From assembly GCA_963701855.1 (NCBI GenBank), contig CAVPBK010000009.1, positions 32,001-96,000 on the forward strand: DNA of 64,000 nt, given 5' to 3'. Source of the DNA: Nitrospirota bacterium. GTDB taxonomy: Bacteria > Nitrospirota > Nitrospiria > Nitrospirales > Nitrospiraceae. The position numbers and the translations under genes were made by a program. The notes below the pieces were generated by a model. That model was not told the origin of the DNA and did no database searches. It was given only the letters and a program-made list of their open reading frames with translations. Within the stretch, counting starts at the first letter, position 1; every line of letters starts with the position of its first letter. This document shows positions 20,141 through 29,354 of this stretch, piece after piece.

Positions 20141-20420
20141 TTAATACAGGCTACCAGTTGCTAGCACGTCACCGTTTGTGTGCGCTGTGTGATTGGTTTC
20201 TCTCACTGGACTTTCGAAGGAGCCGGCCATGAATGGTGCTCAGGCTTCCGAGAAGTGCGGTCTTCTAGCTCCCGATCATCAACAAATCGGTTGCTGCACG
20301 AGCAACAGGCTCAATTCGGAACAGGTTGCTGGCACCTTCTTCGCGCTCACGATCTCGTCGCTCGCTCTACAGTTATCAGCACAAAGCAAAAAACGGTTCC
20401 TGACACCTTTTCTATCCCCT
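20141..20420 (+). repeat. ~285-nt structured element, copy 2 (tandem)
   Basis: begins TTAATACAGGCTACCAGTTGC, 284 nt after the equivalent at 19857. Confidence 0.9.
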
Positions 20421-20440
20421 GACACCTTTTCTATCCCCTC

Positions 20441-20545
20441 AAGCGGGTGCAAGTGATGCTCAATGATCGGCCGCGAAAGATCCTGAACTGGCATAGCCCC
20501 GCCCATGCCTTTCACCAACTGTTGCACTAGGACCTTGAATGCACC
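20441..20545 (+). mobile_element. IS30-family remnant (transposase C-terminus plus right end)
   Basis: translates KRVQVMLNDRPRKILNWHSPAHAFHQLLH*, matching the IS30 LNxRPRKxL motif; followed by TGTTGCACTAGGACCTTGAATGCACC. Confidence 0.75.
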
Positions 20546-20692
20546 CTGACACCATTTCTGGATCTCTCAATTGTAAGCGTATCGCTTCCTGCAGAAGGAG
20601 CAACGGGATTAATACGGAATAGGTTTCTGGCATAATTTCTGTCTCTTCAGAAGTTACTGACAAAGAATGAGCTTCTTCCCAGGGAGAAAAAG

Positions 20693-21463
20693 ATGCAAAA
20701 ATTAATGGCCAGTATTCTCATGCTAGCACTCCTCCTTTCGCCAGCCCTCGCAGGCAGCTTGTTGGCCGCCGACACGACTCCTCCTGCTCCTCCTGCAGGA
20801 ATAGCAATTGGCAACCCTGAAAAGGTGGACCCCTGTACCTCTTTTGCGATGATCAGTTTGCCTCTCAACTGGCCTGTGGTCGATCCCACGAAGCAACTGG
20901 GGTGGATCACACCGAAGAAACAAGAAGGGAGCGTCTTGTGCTGGGCAGCGACCACAGAGATGGCTCTAGGCTACCATGGCACGAACGTTCCGCAATGTAA
21001 GCAGGTTGATGACGAATTCTACTCTTCATCGAATCCAGGAATCTGCTGTCAGAGGGTTGCTCAGAACCTTCCGCTTACCTCTACCATATGCGATAGGACG
21101 GATTGGAACCCGCCCAACTTCAACCGGTATGGGTTCCACGTGAAGACGAATCTTACGATTACCGACTGGTCTCAGCTACAGACCTATATTTGCCTAAAAC
21201 AAAGTCCATTTATTTATTTCTCCGAATACAACGGAGGGGGTGAACATACCGTTTTGGTGTACGGATATGACGGGAGCGTGAATCATGTCTTTATCGTCGA
21301 TCCAGACAATCCTGCTACGGGCCCATCGCTTGATACTACATGGGACTTCGACACCTATTTTAAAGGCGGGGTAGATCCATATCTCGTCCATACGCGAGAC
21401 TATGTCGATATTTGTCCCAATACGTCACTAGACCCCAGCGGATCATGTCAAATTGTTTATTAA
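20693..21463 (+). CDS. secreted papain-like (C39-like) cysteine protease
   Basis: signal peptide; QEGSVLCWAA, HTVLVYGY and IVDP give a Q/C/H/D set. Confidence 0.8.
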   Translation: MQKLMASILMLALLLSPALAGSLLAADTTPPAPPAGIAIGNPEKVDPCTSFAMISLPLNWPVVDPTKQLGWITPKKQEGSVLCWAATTEMALGYHGTNVPQCKQVDDEFYSSSNPGICCQRVAQNLPLTSTICDRTDWNPPNFNRYGFHVKTNLTITDWSQLQTYICLKQSPFIYFSEYNGGGEHTVLVYGYDGSVNHVFIVDPDNPATGPSLDTTWDFDTYFKGGVDPYLVHTRDYVDICPNTSLDPSGSCQIVY

Positions 21464-21477
21464 CTAATGAGAATGCC

Positions 21478-22147
21478 ATGCGTAAGACCTCACGCTCCAT
21501 GCCAAAACTCCTTCTGTTAGTCGCAGGGATATGCGTTCAGCTCTTTGTTATCGCGGGCTGTTCGACAATCGCGCAGAAGGAGCGTGAGCAGGAAGCTGCT
21601 AACAAAGGCCTGGACCTTTTGCGTGAGATCACACAAAAGCCCACGTTTAGGCAGACATTTCAAAACTATGGATTCGATTCACCGGAGCAAGCGACCGATC
21701 TTGAATTCGGGCGTCTCCTTCAAATTTATTGGGTTCGCTTGGATCGCCTGCGGCAATTCCATTCCGGAAATGACGCACAACAACTGCTGGAACCGCCGTT
21801 CGAAGTGATACATCCGATCAAAGCTTCACGGGCAAGTTACATCCTCAATCACAGTAACATTCTCCCGGAACCACAAGACATGGAAGGCTTCGCGTTTTGG
21901 CGCATCTACCTTGATCCGTCTGCTGACACAGTTCCCACAATATAAGAATTCAAACTCGAGTTTTGTGGTCCGAATCCCAGCGCTCAATCTCTATTTTCTC
22001 GGCGACCATATCAGCGGGCAACTCCTGTTGACCGCGATCGTTACTCGACCAGAGTTTCATTGGGAGGCGGGCCAGACGCTGCCAGCTCAGGAGATATTCT
22101 CCAGACTCGTGTTAGCGGCGAGAGCCCGTGGCGACGGACCCGGTTAA
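21478..22147 (+). pseudogene. lipoprotein of unknown function, one frameshift near 21825
   Basis: lipobox IAGC; reading continues in another frame as HGQVTSSITV...VRIPALNLYFLG to the stop at 22147. Confidence 0.65.
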
Positions 22148-22194
22148 GACATCGCGTTTCTTGTGACCGTTCAACCAACCAAGGAGGGTAGCAG

Positions 22195-22497
22195 ATGAAG
22201 ACAATGTGTATGTTTCCTAAAGTGGGCATGCAAATGTTAGTAGTCGTGTTTTTCTTGGCGATCTTGGGTGGATGTATCACGCTGGACTGTAAGGACTGTT
22301 GTGGAGGGCCCGGAGGAAACTGCCCTAACGCTGATGCGTCTCTTGAACCATCCCTTGCAAGCCCCGGGCACACTTGCGTCGCTGGCAGTCTCAAATGTCA
22401 AGACCACCGCAAATGCAATCCACCACAAAAAACTTGCCAAGATGTCTATGCTGCCATCGATGCAACGACGGGGACCTGCGGTTGTTCGTGTAAGTAA
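22195..22497 (+). CDS. small Cys-rich lipoprotein or exported peptide
   Basis: AAGGAGG RBS, hydrophobic leader ending LGGC, 11 further Cys. Confidence 0.7.
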   Translation: MKTMCMFPKVGMQMLVVVFFLAILGGCITLDCKDCCGGPGGNCPNADASLEPSLASPGHTCVAGSLKCQDHRKCNPPQKTCQDVYAAIDATTGTCGCSCK

Positions 22498-22763
22498 CAA
22501 CTGCCGCTTCCGGTTCCAGCGGTCAACCAGCTGGAACTGCTGCTCAGGAGGAAAATAAACATATTCCATCAAAACCTCCCACAAAACATGCTACTTCTCG
22601 CACTTTACGCGAATTAGAGGTGGATTAAAACTTTACTCAACAGTACTTTTCAGAACAAGTCAGTATTGATAGAGATGCGTCGTCCGAATGCTGCACGCAC
22701 GAAAAGCAGGCACAGCATGTGTTGTCCCCTTGAAGTTCGGTCAGGTAACCGGAGGATAGTGCC

Positions 22764-25700
22764 ATGAGCATTCGTCGCTCCGATCAGCGTTCAGCGAATC
22801 CCTCCTTTCTGTCGATTTTAGGTCTCACGGGACTTCTTGTCTTTCTATGTCACGCCAAACCAGAGATCATTGACGATGCCTACGCCGAGACCACGTCTCC
22901 GATTACGTCATCAGGGCTGAACACGACCATTACGCACTCTGGTTCCACGTATGATATTACAGGTGGAACCAGGCCGGGGAACGGTCCCAATCTTTATCAT
23001 AGCTTCGGTGAGTTTGGAGTTCCTGCCAATAACATCGCCAACTTCCTGAACGAGACTCCCAATCTGACGACTTCCAATATCCTTGGTCGTGTGACCGGAG
23101 GGAATCCGTCTAATATTTTCGGTACCATTCAAACCACTGGATTCGGCAACGCAAATCTCTTTTTGATGAATCCGGCCGGCTTTTTGTTCGGTCCGAACGC
23201 CACCGTGAACGTCGGTGGAATGGTGTCTTTCACCAGCGCTGATTACCTCAGACTCACGGACAATGCGCGGTTCAACGCCATCCCTAATACCGCAGTGGAT
23301 TCCTTGTTAACTGCCTCGCCGCTGATCGCCTTTGGATTCCTGGGATCAAATCCCGGAGCAATCACCGTTCAGGGCAGCCAGTTCATGGTAACGCAGGGAA
23401 GCGGCATCTCGCTGGTCGGCGGGAATATCACAATTCAATCTGGCACCCTCAACGACGGCACGGTCCAACCAGCCAAGCTTACTGCCCAGGGTGGTCAAAT
23501 CAACCTCACCAGCATCGCATCGGCTGGAGAAATACTCTCCTCAAATCTACAGTTAGGAGAGAATGTAAATGGCACGTCATTCACTTCCCTGGGGGGCATC
23601 ACAATTAGTCAGGATGCCCGAATCGACACCGCGGGGGCTATCGGTGGCACCATCGCGATTCGCGGTGGTCAACTCACAATAAGGGACGGCGCTACGATCG
23701 CCAGTGAATCAAGTTCGAGCCCTTCACCATCACCAGGCTCGGTCACCATCAGCGGAGCTGGCGTCCAAATGACAGGTGCAAATGTGATGGTCAACGGAAC
23801 GAATGTATCTGTGACGGGCTCCAAAGTGACTGCGGCCAATCTCGACGGCTCAGGAGGAATGATCACAATCACGGCGGGAAGTGCGGATCATCCAGGAAAT
23901 GTAACTGTGGCTCAGAATGCCCTACTGGACGCCAGCGGTACCAGGGGCGGCAGTATTAGCATCCGAGGTAAACAGTTGGTGGTGGACAACGCCACAATTT
24001 CAGCAGACAACAGAAATGCGGACGGCGCATCTATCGCCATTAACATAAATGTTACTGGAGACCTGTCCATAACCGATGCCCGAGGGATTCCCGCGATGAC
24101 GGCGCGAAATATGGGCACGGGAAATTCTGGCGAAATACGGTTGACCTCAGGCAATTTAGTAGCGACATCAAGCTTCAAACCTTCCTCTTTCACCACTACG
24201 TTGATTGATTCCCACACCTCGGGAGAGGGTCGAGGCGGAGACGTCTGTATCACTACAGGCAATCTCACTGTAGCAGGACCAAATAGTAACGCGTTTTTCT
24301 TTATCGATAGCGGAACGGTGGGGAATGGGCGTGGAGGAAATGTCTCAATCCAAGCCAACATAGTGGACCTCAACTGGACATCAATCAGTACGGGCCAATT
24401 CAACGTAAGTGCCCTGGTGGAAGACACCAGCGGCATCAATGGTTCAGCCGGCGACTTGACCATCGCCGCCGACACATTACGGCTCAGGAATTCTATTCTC
24501 GACACAGGTGCCTTCCTTGGACTATCCGAGTTCCAGAAGGGAGGAGATATCACCATCAATGCGCGTGACATCTCCATGATGAACACCCAAGCTGGCTCGA
24601 CTGGTCTTGACGGCGGTGGGACTTTCGTTATTAAGGCCGACAGGCTCGTAACAGACTTCACCTTCTTCGAAACAGATACGGTGTCCGGACCAGGGGGGGG
24701 AGTTAAAGTTAACGCTCGCGCAGTTGAGTTGACAAACGGAAGTGCCTTAATCAGCAGTACATTCGGCGACGGCAATGCAGGAGATATATATGTGACTGCC
24801 ACTGACCATGTAAATCTCATAGGTCGTACCGGTCCAAATCCTCAGGGAAAGTTTGAGCCAAGTGGTCTCTTCAGCAACTCGTTCGGAGATTTGGGTAGTC
24901 ATGGGAATGCGGGGAATATCGCTGTGACCACACCAAGGCTAGACATGATCGGTGGTCGAATCAATACTGTCACAGCATCGAGTGGTAACGGTGGAAACGT
25001 GACGCTCAATGTAACGGATAAGATCTCGATATCTGGAGAGTTTCTTTCAGATCCGAACATTGTGCCTTCAATTTTTATCTTAGGTCCTCTTGCGCCGAGC
25101 GGGATCGTTACTCAGACAATCGGCAGCGAATCCTGTTCGGGACCCTGCGGCAATGCCGGAAACGTGTCAATCACGACTGGCTCGCTGATTATGGGCAGCG
25201 GCGCCCAGATTGATGCCGGCACCAGCGGTGCCATGCCAGGAGGCGCCATTACTGTCCATGCGACGGATACGATCTCGATGTCTGGAACATTGAGTAATGG
25301 CTCCCCTGTCGGCATTTTCAGTCGCGCGTTCTCGACCGAACCCGGTTCTGGAGCCGGCGGCAACATTGCTCTCACAGCCGGGCAGTCCGTTATGATCTCA
25401 AATGGTGCCTCCGTCTCCGCGAGTAGCACCGGACCTGGCACCACGGGCAACATTCAGATCAATGCCGGCAGCCTATTTGCGATGACAAATCATAGCTCAG
25501 TGACGACAGAAGCCGACCAGGCAAGCGGTGGCGCAATCAAGATCTCTACGACTCCCAACGGCACGGTCCAGCTTACCGATAGCAAGATCAGTGCGTCGGT
25601 TCTCAACGGTGCAGGTGGTGGCGGCAGCGTGAATATCGATCCGCAGCTCGTCATTTTTCTGAACAGCCAGATCCTGGCCAACGCGGTGAATGGACCGGGC

Positions 25701-26150
25701 GGGAATATTTCCATCACGACCAATTTCCTGTTGCCGGACGCGAACAGCACGATCAGCGCCTCCTCGCAATTCGGCGTGAACGGCACCGTGACGATTCAAT
25801 CGCCAAACGCTCCGATTAGCGGCCATATTCAGCCGCTGGGAAAGACACCACTGATCGCAACGTCGCTGCTCAATCAACGCTGCGCATCGTTGGCCGGCGG
25901 TGAGTTTAGCAGCTTCACCGTGGCAGGCCGGGACAGTTTGCCAACTGAGCCGGGCAGCTGGCTCACCAGCCCACTGGCCCTGAGCTTGGCCGGGACCGGG
26001 AGCGGCACCTTGCCCGATAAAGGTGTACGCGCAGGCATCGATAATGATCCTGCACGTGAGACCACAGTTCTGTCGTTGCGACAGATCGCACCGGCTGGCT
26101 TCCTGACCCAGGCCTTCGCGGTGGATGAGCCGACAGGCTGTCAATCATGA
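22764..26150 (+). CDS. filamentous-haemagglutinin-family TpsA exoprotein 1
   Basis: TPS domain NLYHSF, RVTGGNPSNI, NLFLMNPAGFLFG; recurring GxGGxIxI beta-helix repeats. Confidence 0.93.
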   Translation: MSIRRSDQRSANPSFLSILGLTGLLVFLCHAKPEIIDDAYAETTSPITSSGLNTTITHSGSTYDITGGTRPGNGPNLYHSFGEFGVPANNIANFLNETPNLTTSNILGRVTGGNPSNIFGTIQTTGFGNANLFLMNPAGFLFGPNATVNVGGMVSFTSADYLRLTDNARFNAIPNTAVDSLLTASPLIAFGFLGSNPGAITVQGSQFMVTQGSGISLVGGNITIQSGTLNDGTVQPAKLTAQGGQINLTSIASAGEILSSNLQLGENVNGTSFTSLGGITISQDARIDTAGAIGGTIAIRGGQLTIRDGATIASESSSSPSPSPGSVTISGAGVQMTGANVMVNGTNVSVTGSKVTAANLDGSGGMITITAGSADHPGNVTVAQNALLDASGTRGGSISIRGKQLVVDNATISADNRNADGASIAININVTGDLSITDARGIPAMTARNMGTGNSGEIRLTSGNLVATSSFKPSSFTTTLIDSHTSGEGRGGDVCITTGNLTVAGPNSNAFFFIDSGTVGNGRGGNVSIQANIVDLNWTSISTGQFNVSALVEDTSGINGSAGDLTIAADTLRLRNSILDTGAFLGLSEFQKGGDITINARDISMMNTQAGSTGLDGGGTFVIKADRLVTDFTFFETDTVSGPGGGVKVNARAVELTNGSALISSTFGDGNAGDIYVTATDHVNLIGRTGPNPQGKFEPSGLFSNSFGDLGSHGNAGNIAVTTPRLDMIGGRINTVTASSGNGGNVTLNVTDKISISGEFLSDPNIVPSIFILGPLAPSGIVTQTIGSESCSGPCGNAGNVSITTGSLIMGSGAQIDAGTSGAMPGGAITVHATDTISMSGTLSNGSPVGIFSRAFSTEPGSGAGGNIALTAGQSVMISNGASVSASSTGPGTTGNIQINAGSLFAMTNHSSVTTEADQASGGAIKISTTPNGTVQLTDSKISASVLNGAGGGGSVNIDPQLVIFLNSQILANAVNGPGGNISITTNFLLPDANSTISASSQFGVNGTVTIQSPNAPISGHIQPLGKTPLIATSLLNQRCASLAGGEFSSFTVAGRDSLPTEPGSWLTSPLALSLAGTGSGTLPDKGVRAGIDNDPARETTVLSLRQIAPAGFLTQAFAVDEPTGCQS

Positions 26151-26441
26151 CCCATCGCGCTTGCGCGTGAAGCGTCTGTCTGGTTCATCTGGTCTATCTG
26201 GATGAGTTGGTTCATCGTGAAGCGGCATGGGGAATGTTGGATGTTGAATTGTCGGCGTAGGACTCGCTCTGACGATTTCTGAACATGCACCATTCAAAAT
26301 CGGCTTTCGATTGCGGGTCGGACGCGATGGTGATGGGTGGTTCTGCGCAGATAATGAGATTTTCATGCGTTTTATGGGTACAATAGGAGCCATCGAGACC
26401 CAAATCAAAGGAATGAGTGGAGAGTTGAGGAGGAACCCACG

Positions 26442-26678
26442 ATGCGACAGACGATCAAAGCCCGCTACCATGACGGAGTCTTACAGCCGTTGGAGCCCCT
26501 AGCGCTCGCGGACGACGCGGAAGTGCAGGTCACGGTGGACACCGAGATGGCTGTCAGTGCCGAGGAAATTTTGCGACGTGCCGCACGGGTCTACCAGGGG
26601 CTCACCGCCGAAGACATCGCGCATGTGGAGGCCATCGCCTTGGACCGGCAGCACTTCTTCCGTGAACCGTCCGCCTAA
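26442..26678 (+). CDS. antitoxin, AF2212/DUF104-like
   Basis: TIKARYHDGVLQPLEPL N-terminus; GAGGAGG RBS; TAATG overlap with the PIN gene. Confidence 0.8.
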   Translation: MRQTIKARYHDGVLQPLEPLALADDAEVQVTVDTEMAVSAEEILRRAARVYQGLTAEDIAHVEAIALDRQHFFREPSA

Positions 26679-27088
26679 TGCCTCAACCCGCAGTCCTGCT
26701 TGACATCGATATTCTCTCTGAACTCCTCAAACAACATCCGCTCGTCCTGCAACGGGTACGGACCTATCTCGCCGAACACGAGCGGCTCGCCTTCTCGATC
26801 ATCACCCGCTATGAACTGCTCCGCGGGCTGAAAGCCAAACAGGCGCAGACCCAGGAGGCGGCATTTACGCTCCTGTGTCAGGCCAGCCTCATCCTTCCGC
26901 TCACTGACCAGGTGGTGGACCGCGCCGCCACGTTGTATGGTGAACTCCATCGGCAGGGTGCCCTGCTCCCCGATGCGGATCTGCTCATTGCCGCGACGGC
27001 GCTGGAAGCCCAGCGCATATTGGTCACAAACAACCTCGCTCACTTTCAGCGCGTGCCCCATTTAGTCATCGAGACCTGGAAGCGGTAA
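26678..27088 (+). CDS. vapC: PIN-domain VapC toxin
   Basis: LLDIDIL, ITRYELLRG, DLLIAATA, VTNNLAHF. Confidence 0.92.
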   Translation: MPQPAVLLDIDILSELLKQHPLVLQRVRTYLAEHERLAFSIITRYELLRGLKAKQAQTQEAAFTLLCQASLILPLTDQVVDRAATLYGELHRQGALLPDADLLIAATALEAQRILVTNNLAHFQRVPHLVIETWKR

Positions 27089-27365
27089 CGCGAGCCACAC
27101 CCTCCTGCCCGATGCAAACCTAGCTTGTCCGGATCCTGACGCGCTGTCTTCCGGTGCTCCGACAGCTCCTGTCATGGCTGCATCGGCTCGTACGACGGCG
27201 ATGGCCACATACCGGTAGCCAGGCCTCACCACCCCATCGAGTCTTTGCCCAGCTAAAGCCACAGCAGGAACCACGCGGTGGCGGGATCGAGCAATCACTC
27301 CCCACCTCGCCGTTTCCTTCCTCTGCTTCGAAGTGCCCAGCCACGCAACGACTCCATTGAGTTCT

Positions 27366-27462
27366 TTTATCTATCTGGTCTGACTGGTTGGTCTGGTTGC
27401 TTGACCCAGAGAACCCAAACAATCAGATAAACGAGACAGACAATACAGACGAGATAGACCAA
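27366..27462. repeat. family A hairpin
   Basis: GCTTGACCCAGAGAA core shared with the copy at ~19692. Confidence 0.75.
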
Positions 27463-27469
27463 AGCGCGT

Positions 27470-27510
27470 CTGAATCCATTTTGATTCTCGTAGAATCAAA
27501 ATGGATTCAG
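27470..27510. promoter_or_regulatory. tandem palindromic activator sites
   Basis: GAATC-CATTTT-GATTC and GAATC-AAAATG-GATTC forming a perfect 19-bp inverted repeat. Confidence 0.75.
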
Positions 27511-27622
27511 TTGAAATATGGCTAGTTATGTTCTCTGCCTCCTAGTTTCCTTTGACATCGCGAAATCCTGGCATTTTTAAGGCAACCAAAAAAGATTTTC
27601 CAAGGCCGACTACAGAATCCGC

Positions 27623-27638
27623 TGGCACAACGATTGCG
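27623..27638 (+). promoter_or_regulatory. sigma54 (-24/-12) promoter
   Basis: TGGCAC-AACGA-TTGCG. Confidence 0.8.
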
Positions 27639-27810
27639 CTATACCTCACGTTATGGAAGGCAGTTGTGAGTTCTGAGTGTGTGTTGTGCGTGAGTTTCGG
27701 ACAACTCAGTATCCCCCAACTTAGAACTCAGAACTAGTTCACGCTTCACGCAGCGGATATGAGACGGGATAAGGTGATCTGGTCTGTCTAGTCCATATAA
27801 CCCAAAATAT

Positions 27811-28105
27811 CTATTGCTAATAATGCCGTACAGGTTTAATACGGGGTACCAGTTGGTAGCGCGTCACTGTTTATGTGTACTGTCCGGCTGGCTTTCCTCA
27901 CTGGACTTTCAACGGAGCCGGCCATGATTGGCACCTTAGGCTTCCAAGAAGTGTGGTCTTCTCCCTCCCGATCATCAGCCTTGGTTCCTCGAAGAGCAAC
28001 GGCATCGATTTGGAACAGATGCCTGGCATCGTTTACGTACGCACGATCTCATCGCTCTCTCCACAGACATCAGCACAAAGCGAGTAAAGGTTCCTGACAC
28101 CATTC
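27811..28105 (+). repeat. ~285-nt structured element, copy 3 (more diverged)
   Basis: CTATTGCTAA..AATGCCGTACAGGTTTAATAC start, GGAGCCGGCCATG, CCACAGACATCAGCACAAAG, GGTTCCTGACACC end. Confidence 0.88.
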
Positions 28106-28188
28106 TCAGAACCTCAATACTCTCATTAAAAACGCAGGAATGGGGCATCGAAGGGAGCCGCAATTCCTATCAAACCAGGAGGGCACAG

Positions 28189-28596
28189 ATGAAAATCCGC
28201 AGATCCTTCTTCGCACTGACACTTGTCAGTCTCATATTCGTCGGTCTGCTTGCTCTAAGCATCCCGGTCCCAGGATTCGCTCAGCCGCACACATGCCAAT
28301 CAAACTTGTCGGGTCATTGGCCATCGAGCCCGTATGGGCTAGGTGGAGTTAATAGTTTCACCTTTTTGTTCGCCAGGGACTGCACAATCCCCTCTGGTGC
28401 GATAACATTAAAATGGTTCATCAACAAATATTCTGATAATTCTCCACTCTGTACTGCTACAGCTCCAGCAAATTTCACTTCTACATCGAATCCGCCGTAT
28501 ACGGTCAGCGTACCATGCGGATCCCTCCCAATTGGACTAGGGCCACAGGTGAAAGTGACCCTTTCCTACCAGACAACGTCGGGAGGCTCTGGATGA
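28189..28596 (+). CDS. exported hypothetical protein
   Basis: AGGAGG RBS, signal peptide ending GFA, 4 Cys; may extend to ~28634 through a frameshift. Confidence 0.7.
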   Translation: MKIRRSFFALTLVSLIFVGLLALSIPVPGFAQPHTCQSNLSGHWPSSPYGLGGVNSFTFLFARDCTIPSGAITLKWFINKYSDNSPLCTATAPANFTSTSNPPYTVSVPCGSLPIGLGPQVKVTLSYQTTSGGSG

Positions 28597-28677
28597 ACCA
28601 TCCTCAGCAGACTTATTACAACCGAAAACCATGACGCCGGTTTGCGCTGACAGCGTCACACTTAGTGGAGAATGGAC

Positions 28678-29136
28678 ATGAAAATCTCAGGTCTTTGCCA
28701 AAGAATTTCGAGCTTAGTGGCAGGAGGAACTCTCTTGGTGAGCTGCTTTCTACTCTCAGGCTAATATTTTATTAAGACCCATACTCTGTTCGGAGAAGAA
28801 CTCGACAAGTTTCCTTCCGTCGTTCTAACCGCGCAGAATCATGATTGTACCACTTACGTGTTCGATTGGAACGTGTCCACAATTGGTGGAGTCTCGTTAT
28901 CTAAATTCAAACCGAAGGCAACGTATTGGAGGCTGCATCTCTTTAAGTTTTCTACTGGCGATCTCATTGCCCCTGCTAACGCCAATTGGAAACTCTTGGA
29001 ATACGACACAAAAGAAACATATGAAAAGCTTACATGCAATATATTGTATCGGGCTGATCTTGACCTTACCGATAGTATCGAATCTGGGGAGCATGCTAGG
29101 ACTTACAGCCTAAACTTTTTATTACACGACGAGTAG
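28678..29136 (+). pseudogene. exported hypothetical protein with a frameshift near 28760
   Basis: GGAG RBS, MKISGLCQ... hydrophobic leader; joins the open frame ending at 29136 if one base is removed. Confidence 0.55.
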
Positions 29137-29354
29137 CGCGCGGCTCCAGCCTTGCATCGGGCCGGACAGCAAGTCAAGCCGGCTCGATGTGCGCTCTTCG
29201 TTGGGCGCAGAGACTTGTCAGGGTAGATGCTCAAAGTGTTTTTCATGCAATCAAGACTTTGGCTTAGCCACGATTGAGCAGTCTTGGCATGGCAATTGTG
29301 GAATTGACGTCAAGAAGCGTGCCGTATGATTCCTTTCGTTGAGACATCAGGAGG

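Noticed and set aside
19694..20456. Overlapping short ORFs across the repeats (e.g. 19694-19948, 19945-20232, 20193-20456)
   Set aside because: They derive from the 9-mer repeat and the 285-nt element; the reading frame is not preserved between copies.
22764..26150. CdiA-type contact-dependent toxin
   Set aside because: No VENN-like motif, the C-terminus is conserved rather than polymorphic, and no immunity gene follows.
29285..29330. Promoter for tpsA2
   Set aside because: The sigma54-like site lacks the -12 GC, and the TTGACG/TATGAT pair has only a 15-bp spacer.
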